From: Ferruginibacter sp.
Lineage (GTDB): Bacteria; Bacteroidota; Bacteroidia; Chitinophagales; Chitinophagaceae
Assembly: GCA_040003485.1 (NCBI GenBank)
Contig: JBDUCK010000001.1
Location: 1 to 48,171 of the forward strand
DNA: 48,171 nt
Reading direction: 5' to 3'
The notes under the pieces were generated by a model. It was not told the DNA's origin. It searched no databases and saw only the letters and a list, made by a program, of their open reading frames with translations. Below, piece by piece: positions 7,645 to 17,749 of the stretch. Each line of letters starts with the position of its first letter. The stretch's first letter is position 1. The translations under genes were made by a program, and so were the position numbers.

Positions 7645-10608
7645 ATGAGACTTAAAGGTTTAGTTTGGTTCTTCACCATTGCGTTGATACTAATATCTGT
7701 TTGGGAATTATCTTATACCTGGGTGGTAAAGAATTATGAAGGGCAGGTAAAAGCACAGGCTGAACGTCTTGTTAGAAATGCCGGCTCCAATTTATCTGCA
7801 GAAGACAAAGCTGCGTTGATAAAATCTAAAGTGCAGCATATTTTAGACAGTACTAAAGACAAACCTATTTACCCGATTGTTGGAACCACTTATCAAAAGT
7901 GTAAAGAGAATGAACTGAATCTTGGGTTAGATCTGCAGGGAGGTATAAGTGTAACGATGGATGTTAGCCTTGATGGTTTATTAAAATCGCTGAGCAATAA
8001 TTCCAAAGACCCCACACTTATAAAAGCATTGCAAACTGCCAATGCACAAAAAGTAAATAGTTCAGAAAATCTTATTACCCTCTTTAATAATGTGTTTGTT
8101 CAGCAAAACGGCCCCGGTAAATTAGCAAACTTATTTGCCGGCCCGGGTAAAGATGTAAAGACGACTGACACCGATGATGAAGTAATCCGTAAAATAAATA
8201 CCATTGCAAAAGGCGCCATTAACCAGACGTATAAGATTCTTGTAAAACGTATTGATAAATTTGGCGTTGCACAACCTAATATTAATTTAGATGAAAATAA
8301 AGGGATTATAAATGTAGAACTGGCGGGTATTACAGACGCAGAAAGAGTACGTAAATACCTGCAGTCATCTGCCAACCTGCAGTTTTGGGAAGTGTACAGG
8401 ATAGATGAAATAGGTGCATCAATTAAAATAGCAGATGATAACCTGCACAACTATTTAAATGGGGTCAATTCAGCAGACACTACTGCCTTAAAGGACAGTA
8501 CGAAAGCTAAACAAAATGAAAACCCTTTTATCAGGATAATAAATCCAAATCAACCACAAACTGATAAAGCCGGCAAACAATATTATCCGGCTGCACTTGG
8601 TAATGTAGCATTGCAGGATACAGGCACTTTTTTAAATTATATAAACAACGAGGTTGTAAAAAATGCTTTGCCTGCCAATTTAAAATTCTTATTTGGGGTA
8701 GAAGAAAAAACAGCCAAAGGCAACCAGCGCTTTTTTCCTTTGTATGCAATTAAAACTGTCTCTGGTTCAGAAAAAGCACCCTTGGAAGGTGATGGTGTAG
8801 ATGAAGCAAGGCAGGATTTTGATGAGAGCGGCCGCCCTGCTATTAAAATGCAGATGAGCAGCGTGGGTAGTAAAACATGGGCAAGACTTACAGGAAAAAA
8901 TGTAGGCCGCCCTATTGCCATTGCGCTGGATGATATTGTATATACTGCACCAAATGTGAATGGTGCTATTGAAGGTGGTAACTCAGAAATATCTGGAAAT
9001 TTTACGGTAGAAGAGGCACAGGATCTGGCCAATATTTTAAAATCGGGTAAACTGGATGCACCTGCAAAGATTGTTGCTGAAACTGTTGTTGGGCCTACAC
9101 TTGGCCAGGAATCTGTACATGGGGGTGCTATGGCATTTGCCATTGCCTTTATTATCATATTTATTTTAATGCTGGTTTATTACAACACCGGTGGCTGGGT
9201 TGCTAATATTGCTTTAATATTAAACTTGTTGTTTACTATTGGTGTGTTAACTGCACTCAGCTTTACTTTAACGGCTGCAGGTATTGCGGGCCTTGTACTT
9301 ACTATCGGCCTGGCGGTAGATACCAACGTGATTATTTTTGAAAGAATAAAAGAAGAGTTAACCAAAGGCAAAACTTATCCGCAGGCTGTGAATGACGGTT
9401 ACCGCCGTTCGCTTGCACCGGTTATTGATGCTCACGTTACTTCTTTATTAACTGCCGGCATATTATTTTATTTTGGCCTTGGCCCTGTATTAGGTTTTGC
9501 TACCACGCAGATCATCGGTATTCTTTTATCTTTATTTTGTGGTATTCTTGTTTCAAGATTGATCACAGATTTTTATACAAAGAAGAACCGTCACTTTAAT
9601 TATTTTACAGCAATTTCCAAACGCATTTTTAAACATGCAAGTTTTAAATTTATTGAGTACCGTAAGATAGCTTATGTTATTTCTGCCTTTGTATTACTTG
9701 CAGGTGTTGCTTCTTTCTTTCACGGTTTTCACCAGGGTGTAGAGTTTAAAGGCGGCCGTAGTTATACAGTTGAATTTGCCCAACCCGTAAAAAATGATGC
9801 TATCAGGGATGACCTGAAAGCCGCACTGGACGGTGATAATCCCACTATTAAAACTGTTGGCGATTCCCGTCATTTAAATATTACCACTGCTTATCTTAAA
9901 GGGGTAGATAATGCCGACAGTGCAGTACAGAGAAAAGTTTTTGAAGGTTTAAAAAAAGTGTTACCTGCTAACTATAGTTACGAACAGTTTGCAAAAAAGA
10001 ATATTCGGGGTCATTCAACGGTGCAGCCAAGCATTTCCGATGACCTTAAAAGAGGTGCCATTAAAGCTACCATCTTTGCCATGCTGGCCATCTTTGTTTA
10101 TATCTTTATCCGTTTCCGTGACTGGAGATATTCTGCCGGTACCATCCTTACTTTGTTACATGATGTGTTGGTAACGCTGGCGGTGTTCTCCTTCTTTAAA
10201 GACATCGTTCCTTTTCCATTAGAAATCGATCAGCATTTTATTGCTGCCGTACTTACGGTAATTGGTTTCTCTATGAATGATACGGTAATTGTATTTGACA
10301 GGATCCGTGAATACAGCAGGGATATGAAAGGTGCCACCAAAACATCTATCATCAACCGTGCTATCAACGATACGCTTAGCCGTACCATTATGACATCGTT
10401 AACGGTGTTTTTAACTCTGCTAATTCTCTTCATCTTTGGTGGTGAAGTAACCCGTGGCTTTGCATTTGCAATGTTGATAGGGGTTATTACCGGTACTTAC
10501 TCTTCTATATTTGTAGGAGCGCCCATACTGGTAGATTTTGCAAAAGACAAACCCTTAGGTGCCGCCGCAGCAGTGAATGTAAAAAAAGTAAAAGCGCCTA
10601 CTTTATAA
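7645..10608 (+). CDS. secDF: Fused protein translocase subunit SecDF
   Basis: LNLGLDLQGG, VGPTLGQES, AVDTNVIIFERIKEE, GVEFKGG, GFSMNDTVIVFDRIRE, GTYSSIF. Confidence 0.98.
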   Translation: MRLKGLVWFFTIALILISVWELSYTWVVKNYEGQVKAQAERLVRNAGSNLSAEDKAALIKSKVQHILDSTKDKPIYPIVGTTYQKCKENELNLGLDLQGGISVTMDVSLDGLLKSLSNNSKDPTLIKALQTANAQKVNSSENLITLFNNVFVQQNGPGKLANLFAGPGKDVKTTDTDDEVIRKINTIAKGAINQTYKILVKRIDKFGVAQPNINLDENKGIINVELAGITDAERVRKYLQSSANLQFWEVYRIDEIGASIKIADDNLHNYLNGVNSADTTALKDSTKAKQNENPFIRIINPNQPQTDKAGKQYYPAALGNVALQDTGTFLNYINNEVVKNALPANLKFLFGVEEKTAKGNQRFFPLYAIKTVSGSEKAPLEGDGVDEARQDFDESGRPAIKMQMSSVGSKTWARLTGKNVGRPIAIALDDIVYTAPNVNGAIEGGNSEISGNFTVEEAQDLANILKSGKLDAPAKIVAETVVGPTLGQESVHGGAMAFAIAFIIIFILMLVYYNTGGWVANIALILNLLFTIGVLTALSFTLTAAGIAGLVLTIGLAVDTNVIIFERIKEELTKGKTYPQAVNDGYRRSLAPVIDAHVTSLLTAGILFYFGLGPVLGFATTQIIGILLSLFCGILVSRLITDFYTKKNRHFNYFTAISKRIFKHASFKFIEYRKIAYVISAFVLLAGVASFFHGFHQGVEFKGGRSYTVEFAQPVKNDAIRDDLKAALDGDNPTIKTVGDSRHLNITTAYLKGVDNADSAVQRKVFEGLKKVLPANYSYEQFAKKNIRGHSTVQPSISDDLKRGAIKATIFAMLAIFVYIFIRFRDWRYSAGTILTLLHDVLVTLAVFSFFKDIVPFPLEIDQHFIAAVLTVIGFSMNDTVIVFDRIREYSRDMKGATKTSIINRAINDTLSRTIMTSLTVFLTLLILFIFGGEVTRGFAFAMLIGVITGTYSSIFVGAPILVDFAKDKPLGAAAAVNVKKVKAPTL

Positions 10609-10627
10609 AATAAAAAAGCAAATCATA

Positions 10628-10659
10628 AAAAATGCCTGTCAGTAATGATGGGTATTTTT
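10628..10659 (+). terminator. Intrinsic terminator after secDF
   Basis: AAAAATGCCTGTCA-GTAA-TGATGGGTATTTTT hairpin with T tract. Confidence 0.7.
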
Positions 10660-10718
10660 GTTTGTGAGAAGCACATCATTTTTTCTTTGCTCATCCCCAA
10701 TCCCGCTGATTACATCAT

Positions 10719-10743
10719 AAAAAAGCCACCAAAGATGGTGGCT
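10719..10743 (-). terminator. Intrinsic terminator after the iscA-like gene
   Basis: Minus strand AGCCACCA-TCTT-TGGTGGCT followed by TTTTT. Confidence 0.75.
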
Positions 10744-10770
10744 CAATTTGTATCTTAAAATGTATGTGCC

Positions 10771-11115
10771 TTATACCGCAAAACTTGTCCCACATCCGCA
10801 GGTACTGCTGGCATTTGGATTTTTAAAAGTAAACCCTCTTGAATTCAGGCCGCTTTCCCAATCTATCTCCATACCCATTAAATAAATGCTATGCGATTTA
10901 TCTATGATGAAACTGATGCCATCGGTATCAAATACTTCGTCATTATCTTTTGGGCTGTCAAAATCCAGTACATAGGTCATGCCGCTGCAACCGCCTCCCT
11001 TCACTCCTACCCTTAAACTTTTTTCTGTATCAAAACCCGGCTCTGTTATAAGCCTCTTTATTTCGCTTAATGCAGACTGCGTAAATTGAACCGGTGCTTG
11101 TGTTATTGTTTCCAT
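10771..11115 (-). CDS. iscA: Iron-sulfur cluster assembly accessory protein (HesB/IscA family)
   Basis: GGGCSG and NPNASSTCGCGTSF motifs. Confidence 0.93.
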   Translation of the reverse strand: METITQAPVQFTQSALSEIKRLITEPGFDTEKSLRVGVKGGGCSGMTYVLDFDSPKDNDEVFDTDGISFIIDKSHSIYLMGMEIDWESGLNSRGFTFKNPNASSTCGCGTSFAV

Positions 11116-11229
11116 AATCAACCTTTTTACAAAGATAAGCCTAAATAAAAAACAGGCAGTTTCTCTAATTTTCGAAAACAGGAATTTGTTGCCCGTTCTT
11201 TATCTATTTTTGCAGCCTAAAATCTTTGT

Positions 11230-11751
11230 ATGATCTTGTTAGAATTTAATTTTCAATATATAGAAGTTGGAGTAATATTAGTATTTGGCTTGTTGATCGG
11301 TTTACTTTTATACGAATTTCACGGTATGAAAGATAAGATAGAAGAAAAGCTGGGCATAAATGATGAAGGCATGAAACTGAAACTGCAGGCCCTGGAAAGG
11401 CTTACCCTGTTTGCAGAAAGAGCAGGGCTGCAAACCCTTGTAACACGAACACAGGCCCTGGGAGTAACTTCTGCAAGTTTTCATTTGTCCCTTGCGGAAA
11501 GCTTAAGATCAGAATACGAATACAATCTGAGCCAGCAGATTTATGTAAGCCCCGAAGTGTGGAGCGCTATTACACGATTAAAGGATCAGAATATTTATAT
11601 TATTAATCAACTGGCAGCAATACTGCCACCCGAAGCTACACCTCATGATCTTTCAAGAAAAATTATTGAATACAGTATGACAGAAAATACGCCGCTGAAT
11701 CTGATCGTTCTGGATGCGCTACGTTTTGAAGCAAAGAAGATTTTAGATTAA
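11230..11751 (+). CDS. Membrane-anchored hypothetical protein
   Basis: N-terminal TM helix; LKLQALERLTLFAER and EYEYNLSQQIYVS blocks; TATTTTTG promoter just upstream. Confidence 0.75.
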   Translation: MILLEFNFQYIEVGVILVFGLLIGLLLYEFHGMKDKIEEKLGINDEGMKLKLQALERLTLFAERAGLQTLVTRTQALGVTSASFHLSLAESLRSEYEYNLSQQIYVSPEVWSAITRLKDQNIYIINQLAAILPPEATPHDLSRKIIEYSMTENTPLNLIVLDALRFEAKKILD

Positions 11752-11855
11752 TGTTTTGTTGCCGGTAAAACGACAAGCCGTTTTGGTAATTAAATAAATC
11801 TGCTACTATCTTTAATCTGTTTCAGTCTATTATTAATTCGGGTAATAAAATCTTT

Positions 11856-13415
11856 ATGTCGACAAAAAAAATCACCACGGATTCGGGTATAGAAATTAAA
11901 GAAATTTATACTCTTGAAAATACGACCATCACTGATCATTCTTTGCCGGGAGAATTTCCTTTCACCCGTGGCGTGCAGGCATCAATGTACCGGGGAAAAA
12001 TGTGGACCATGCGGCAATATGCAGGTTTTTCTACCGCCCAGGAAAGCAATAAAAGATATCATTATTTATTGAGCCAGGGCGTAAGCGGATTGAGTGTGGC
12101 ATTTGATCTTCCTACACAGATCGGTTATGATAGTGACCACGCCTTAGCTGAAGGTGAGGTAGGTAAAGTAGGTGTGGCAATAGACAGCCTGGAAGATATG
12201 GAAGAGTTGTTTGCCGGAATAAAATTAGAAGAAGTTTCTACCTCCATGACAATTAATGCAACGGGATTTATTTTGCTGGCATTTTATGCAGCCCTGGCCA
12301 GGAAGCAGGGGACAGATCTGAAAAAAATAACCGGCACTATCCAAAATGATATATTAAAAGAATACGCTGCAAGAGGCACTTATATTTATCCCCCCAAACA
12401 AAGCATGCGCATCATTACAGATATTTTTGAATGGTGCAGTACTGATATGCCAAAGTGGAACACCATTTCTATTTCGGGTTACCATATCCGTGAGGCTGGC
12501 AGCACTGCTGTACAGGAAATTGCCTTTACCCTCAGTAATGGTAAGGCTTATGTAAAAGCAGCACTCGAAAAAGGATTAGAAATTAATGTATTTGGAAAAC
12601 GGCTTTCTTTTTTCTTTAATGCACACAATAATTTATTTGAAGAGGTAGCAAAGTTCAGGGCGGCAAGAAGAATGTGGGCAAAAATTATGAAAGCGTTAGG
12701 AGCCACAGACGAAAAAGCTATGATGCTGCGTTTTCATACACAGACAGGCGGCAGTACGCTTACAGCACAACAGCCATTAAATAATATAAGCAGGGTTACT
12801 ATACAAACCCTGGCCGCCGTAATGGGTGGTACACAATCGCTGCATACTAACGGCTATGATGAGGCGCTAAGCCTGCCTACCGAAGAAGCCGCAAAAATTG
12901 CTTTACGCACCCAGCAGATCGTGGCTTTTGAAAGTGGCGTACCCGACACCGCTGACCCTCTTGCCGGCAGTTATTTTGTAGAAGCCCTTACAGATGAAGT
13001 AGAAAAAGCAGCCTGGCAATTAATAGAAAAAATTGATGCTATGGGTGGCAGTGTAAATGCTATAGAAGAAGGCTTTATGCAAAACGAGATTGCGACCAGC
13101 GCCTATCAATACCAAAAAGATATTGAGGCCGGTGAGAAGATAAGCGTAGGCGTAAATAAATTTCAATCTGCAGAAATCAATAAAACGCCTGGTTTTAAAA
13201 TTGATGACGGCATACAAAAATTACAGGCCGACAAAATAAAAGCACTGAAAGAAAAAAGAGATAATATAAAAGTATCAGCGTGCCTTGCCAAACTTACCGC
13301 AGCAGCACAAGGCACCCAAAACCTTATGCCCATTGTAATTGAGGCAGTTGAAAATTACTGTACCCTTGGTGAAGTAGCAGATACGCTCAGGCATGTTTTT
13401 GGAGAATATAAATAA
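11856..13415 (+). CDS. Methylmalonyl-CoA mutase family, large (substrate-binding) subunit without a B12-binding domain
   Basis: [52 protein letters not shown]; no DxHxxG motif. Confidence 0.93.
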   Translation: MSTKKITTDSGIEIKEIYTLENTTITDHSLPGEFPFTRGVQASMYRGKMWTMRQYAGFSTAQESNKRYHYLLSQGVSGLSVAFDLPTQIGYDSDHALAEGEVGKVGVAIDSLEDMEELFAGIKLEEVSTSMTINATGFILLAFYAALARKQGTDLKKITGTIQNDILKEYAARGTYIYPPKQSMRIITDIFEWCSTDMPKWNTISISGYHIREAGSTAVQEIAFTLSNGKAYVKAALEKGLEINVFGKRLSFFFNAHNNLFEEVAKFRAARRMWAKIMKALGATDEKAMMLRFHTQTGGSTLTAQQPLNNISRVTIQTLAAVMGGTQSLHTNGYDEALSLPTEEAAKIALRTQQIVAFESGVPDTADPLAGSYFVEALTDEVEKAAWQLIEKIDAMGGSVNAIEEGFMQNEIATSAYQYQKDIEAGEKISVGVNKFQSAEINKTPGFKIDDGIQKLQADKIKALKEKRDNIKVSACLAKLTAAAQGTQNLMPIVIEAVENYCTLGEVADTLRHVFGEYK

Positions 13416-13505
13416 CAACCTTTTGGGAAAGTTTATCAGTCTGGTTTACTTACTTTGTTTTAAAACAAATAAAATACCTGCTGAATAAATTACACCCATT
13501 CTCTC

Positions 13506-14672
13506 ATGCAATCACCTACTACACCACCCGACGAGGAGTTAAGACTGAAGGAATTATATTCTTTTAATATTTTAGATTCTGCTGAGGATGAAGATTATAA
13601 TGGACTTGTAGAATTGGCCGCCCATATTTGTGGCTGCCCAATTGCAGGCATTACATTTATTGATAAAGACCGGCAATGGTTTAAAACAGAAAAAAATATC
13701 GGGATGAAACAAGGGTCAAGAGAACTTTCGTTTTGTGGCCATGCTATATTACAGAAAGAGGTAATGATAGTAAATGATACCAGCAAAGATGCCCGCTTTT
13801 TTGATAACCCTTATGTAGTACAAAGTTCTAAAATAGGTTTTTATGCAGGTGCCCCAATTATAAGTTCTGCAGGTTACCCTTTAGGCGCCATTTGTGCAAT
13901 GGATAATATTCCAAGGCATCTTACCGAAGCACAAATACGATCTTTAGAGACCATTGCAAGGCAGGTAAGTAAACTGCTTGAGCTGAAAAAAAAGAATGAG
14001 TACATACTTACAACTTCGGAAGAACTGATAATGGCTGAAAAGAAAATTGAGCAATTAAATATCAATAAAAGAGAAGAAGAAAATTTCAGTACTGCATATC
14101 AACTGCACGAAAAAATTGCCCAAACCCTGGTGGCAATAAAATTGTATATAAGTTTTGCCCGTTCCTCCAAAGATCTTGCAGATCATTTTTTAGAAAAAAG
14201 CATAAATGAAATAGTTACCCTTACCGATACTATTACGGCCCTATCCAGGTCTATTACGCCTACTACGTATGATGATGATAATTACACCGCACATATTGAA
14301 GATATGTTAGCTAAGTTTGGTGAAGAACAGCAGATACCGGTAATTTTTAAAGATGATAAATATACGAGTTATCTCAATGGCAACCCCGGCCTGATTGTCT
14401 TCCGCATTATACAGGATGCGCTTAAATATGCTAAATCTGATAACGCCTCTACTATCAGCCTGCAGATTAAATCACAGGAAGATTTTTCTATTCTCTTTCG
14501 CTATGATGGGAAGATCAACCGGGTATATTCGTTTACCGAATTAAAAATGCTGGAAACAAATATCATCAACCGCTTAGAAATGCTTAAAGGAAAAATAACG
14601 ATTGACACACATAAAGAAAAAGATAACCTGATAGAAATAAGCATACCCTTTACGCTGCTGAAAAAACAATAA
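13506..14672 (+). CDS. GAF-domain sensor with a degenerate HisKA_3/HATPase module
   Basis: GAF motifs (DKDRQWFK, SFCGHAI, DARFFDNPYV, FYAGAPI); H-box-like QLHEKIAQTL; ATPase boxes poorly conserved. Confidence 0.8.
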   Translation: MQSPTTPPDEELRLKELYSFNILDSAEDEDYNGLVELAAHICGCPIAGITFIDKDRQWFKTEKNIGMKQGSRELSFCGHAILQKEVMIVNDTSKDARFFDNPYVVQSSKIGFYAGAPIISSAGYPLGAICAMDNIPRHLTEAQIRSLETIARQVSKLLELKKKNEYILTTSEELIMAEKKIEQLNINKREEENFSTAYQLHEKIAQTLVAIKLYISFARSSKDLADHFLEKSINEIVTLTDTITALSRSITPTTYDDDNYTAHIEDMLAKFGEEQQIPVIFKDDKYTSYLNGNPGLIVFRIIQDALKYAKSDNASTISLQIKSQEDFSILFRYDGKINRVYSFTELKMLETNIINRLEMLKGKITIDTHKEKDNLIEISIPFTLLKKQ

Positions 14673-14864
14673 TCTTTGGCTGGGTAGTATCTTTTATTTT
14701 ACTTTTCTAACAAATGATAATTTCCATCAGGTATAGATAGGTTATTTGCAAATTACTATTCTATACATCTTATTAAAATTTACTTTATTTTTATTTTTAA
14801 TTAACTCCCATTATTATCCTTCTATTTAAAGTGCACAAGAGGAAAATAAATTAAAATACTAAAA

Positions 14865-16166
14865 ATGAAAATAATCACTGTACTTTTTTTCTTATTTGTT
14901 GTATGCTCAGCTAAGTCAATTTCTGCACAAGACATCAGCAAAACCATTGAGGCAAAAGCGCTGGCTATTCAGCCTAAATTAATAGAATGGCGCAGGCACA
15001 TTCATCAAAACCCTGAACTGGGCAACCGTGAATTCAAAACAGCCGCTTACATCGTTGAACATTTAAAAAACCTTGGCCTGGAGATACAAACCGGTGTTGC
15101 CAAAACCGGTGTGGTAGCCATTTTAAAAGGTGGCAAGCCCGGCCCATGCATTGCATTACGTGCAGATATGGATGCCTTGCCTGTAAGAGAAAGAGTTGAT
15201 CTTCCCTTTGCTTCAAAAGACAGTGCAGAATATTTGGGACAGAGAGTACCGGTAATGCATGCCTGCGGGCACGATAGCCATGTGGCAATGCTGATAGGCA
15301 CTGCGGAGGTTTTGTCAGCTATGAAAAAAGATATTGCAGGTACCGTAAAATTCATCTTTCAACCTGCTGAAGAAGGCACGCCCGGCACTGAGGAAGGCGG
15401 CGCTCCATTAATGGTAAAAGAAGGCGTAATGGATAATCCTAAAGTGGATGTAGTTTTTGGAATGCATATAGAATCTGCAATACCTGCCGGGGATATACAA
15501 TACAAATCCGGCGCTTTCATGGCGTCGTCTGCCTGGTTTACCATAAAAGTAAAAGGCAAATCTTCTCATGGCTCACAGCCCTGGCTGGCCATTGATCCTA
15601 TAACGATATCGGCACAGATTATTGAAGGCCTGCAGAATATTGTAAGCCGCCAGATGGATCTTACAAAAGCGCCTGTTGTTATTACTGTAGGAAAAATATC
15701 CGGCGGGGTAAGAAGTAATATTATACCTGAAGAATGTTTGCTGGACGGTACTATCCGGACATTAGACAGCAAGATGCAGGAAGATGTTTTTAAAAGAATA
15801 AAACAAACTGCCGAAAAAATTGCAGAAGCCAGCAATGCCAGCGCCGAAGTAAATATTGATACCAAAACATTGGTTACTTATAATAACCCCGCATTGGTAG
15901 AAAAAATGTTGGCTTCTTTACAAACTGCCGCAGGTAAAGAAAATGTACGTTCTATGGAATGGGTAACCGGTGCAGAAGATTTTAGTTATTACGGTACTAA
16001 AGCTCCCGCTTTCTTTTTTTACTTAGGTGGAATGCCGAGGGGCAATGATCCAAAAAATGCACCACCGCATCACACACCCGATTTTATGATTGATGACAGC
16101 CATCTGTATGTTGGCGTAAAAGCTTTTTGCCAGTTAGTGATGGATTATGGTAAAAACAATAAATAA
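14865..16166 (+). CDS. Secreted M20 family amidohydrolase
   Basis: Signal peptide; RRHIHQNPELG, LRADMDALP, MHACGHD, FQPAEEG, AEDFSYY. Confidence 0.92.
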   Translation: MKIITVLFFLFVVCSAKSISAQDISKTIEAKALAIQPKLIEWRRHIHQNPELGNREFKTAAYIVEHLKNLGLEIQTGVAKTGVVAILKGGKPGPCIALRADMDALPVRERVDLPFASKDSAEYLGQRVPVMHACGHDSHVAMLIGTAEVLSAMKKDIAGTVKFIFQPAEEGTPGTEEGGAPLMVKEGVMDNPKVDVVFGMHIESAIPAGDIQYKSGAFMASSAWFTIKVKGKSSHGSQPWLAIDPITISAQIIEGLQNIVSRQMDLTKAPVVITVGKISGGVRSNIIPEECLLDGTIRTLDSKMQEDVFKRIKQTAEKIAEASNASAEVNIDTKTLVTYNNPALVEKMLASLQTAAGKENVRSMEWVTGAEDFSYYGTKAPAFFFYLGGMPRGNDPKNAPPHHTPDFMIDDSHLYVGVKAFCQLVMDYGKNNK

Positions 16167-16172
16167 TATTTG

Positions 16173-16511
16173 ATGAATAATATTCCATTTCAAACCGTTG
16201 ACTGGACCAGGATTGAAAAAACAAAACACAAAGGCGAAACCGGAACATCTTTTTGGCAGACGCTACAATTGGGCGAACTAAGGATTCGCATTGTAGAATA
16301 TTCCGAGAATTATTTAGCAGATCATTGGTGTAAGAAAGGGCATATCGTGTATTGTTTAGAAGGAGCATTTGTGAGTGAGCTTGAAAACGGAGAAAAATTT
16401 ACGCTTACAGCGGGAATGAGTTATGTGGTTTCTGATGACCTTAGCTCTCATCGTTCTGTTTCATCAAACGGGGTAAAACTGCTCATCATTGACGGAGACT
16501 TTTTGAAGTGA
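16173..16511 (+). CDS. DHCW-motif cupin-fold protein
   Basis: HKGETG, YLADHWCKKGH, SYVVSD motifs; ATG at 16173. Confidence 0.88.
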   Translation: MNNIPFQTVDWTRIEKTKHKGETGTSFWQTLQLGELRIRIVEYSENYLADHWCKKGHIVYCLEGAFVSELENGEKFTLTAGMSYVVSDDLSSHRSVSSNGVKLLIIDGDFLK

Positions 16512-16652
16512 ACGGTTATAAAATTATCTACACCCTGTTACCAATAATAAATAGTCGTACACAAAGTACTGACAAGGAAGCCATAAATTATTACTCCAAT
16601 TAATTTATTTTTTTTGCACTGCTATTTTAAAGCCCCCCATTTATCTTTAAAA

Positions 16653-16725
16653 TTATTTGCAAGGCGACAGCCGCTTATCATTATGCGATGCCGTTTTGAT
16701 TTTGCAAACAATAACTTGCAAATAA
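16653..16725 (+). promoter_or_regulatory. Candidate structured 5' leader or operator of the AraC gene
   Basis: Perfect 11-bp inverted repeat TTATTTGCAAG / CTTGCAAATAA enclosing 51 nt with an internal GC-paired hairpin. Confidence 0.4.
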
Positions 16726-16747
16726 GACTGAATCTAATTTCTCAATT

Positions 16748-17704
16748 ATGCATTTTGATAAAAGCTATAACCTTGTCAAAATATTCCCTGATTTTTTTCA
16801 GAAAGACTTTGATATGGAATTGTATAACCGCCAGTTTAAATCGGCAAATGTTATCATCCAGGCAAAAGCTAAAAAGGTAAATTACCCGGCGCATTGGGGG
16901 CCGCTCTCCATTAAATGTGCTTTTAAAGGCAAAGAATTTTATGAACTTAATAATTGTATGTATGCAGTTAATGACCAGAATTATCTTGTAATTAATGAAG
17001 GAAGCAGGTACAGCAGTTTTATAGATTCCCATTCGGAAGTAAATTCTTTTACCCTCAATTTTTCTCCGCTGTTTGTAAAGGAATCAATGGAAAGTATGGT
17101 TGAGCCAGATGAAAAGTTGCTTGCTGATTACAGTAATTTCAGCAACAGAAACCATATAGATATAGTTGAACGTCTGTATACTCATGATTGTACCGTGAGC
17201 CCGCTGGTTTTTAAAATATTAGCACTTACAGAAGATTTTGAAAAAAATATCAACCAGGTTGAAGAACTTTATTTTTCACTTTTTGAGCAGTTGATTTTTA
17301 AACAAAAAAGTAACCTTACAGAAATAAGGAATGTGCAGGCCATAAAGCACAGCACCCAAATGGAGTTATACAAAAGGCTTCACCGGGCTAAAGATTTTAT
17401 TGATTCATGCTATACAGAAGATATCAGCCTGGATGATTTGGCAAAAATGTGCTGGTTGAATAAGTCCTATTTTCTCCGTCAGTTTAAAAAATACTTTGCT
17501 ATAACTCCGGGGCAGTATATTATTTTAAAAAGGATGCAGGAAGCCAAACAATTACTGGAAAGAAAAAGCAAAGTATCAATCGTTGAGATTTGTCACCAGG
17601 TTGGTTACAGCGATCTTTCTTCTTTCAGCAGGCTATTTAAAAATTATTACAGGCATTCACCTGAAAAATACCGCAACAATAACGCTCCACCTCAGAGTAA
17701 GTAA
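16748..17704 (+). CDS. AraC family transcriptional regulator
   Basis: C-terminal double HTH (ISLDDLA..YFLRQFKKYF..TPGQY; VGYSDLSSFSRLFK..SP); N-terminal HWGPLSIK cupin-like domain. Confidence 0.93.
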   Translation: MHFDKSYNLVKIFPDFFQKDFDMELYNRQFKSANVIIQAKAKKVNYPAHWGPLSIKCAFKGKEFYELNNCMYAVNDQNYLVINEGSRYSSFIDSHSEVNSFTLNFSPLFVKESMESMVEPDEKLLADYSNFSNRNHIDIVERLYTHDCTVSPLVFKILALTEDFEKNINQVEELYFSLFEQLIFKQKSNLTEIRNVQAIKHSTQMELYKRLHRAKDFIDSCYTEDISLDDLAKMCWLNKSYFLRQFKKYFAITPGQYIILKRMQEAKQLLERKSKVSIVEICHQVGYSDLSSFSRLFKNYYRHSPEKYRNNNAPPQSK

Positions 17705-17749
17705 CCTTTTGCAAATACTGTTTCTTTTAAAAGGCCAAAAAAATATAGT

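Noticed and set aside
8100-10433. Several antisense or alternate-frame ORFs within secDF
   Set aside because: Codon-bias shadows of a long conserved gene.
16614-17032. ORFs 16614-16880 (+) and 16742-17032 (-)
   Set aside because: They overlap the AraC gene and its leader and show no protein motifs.
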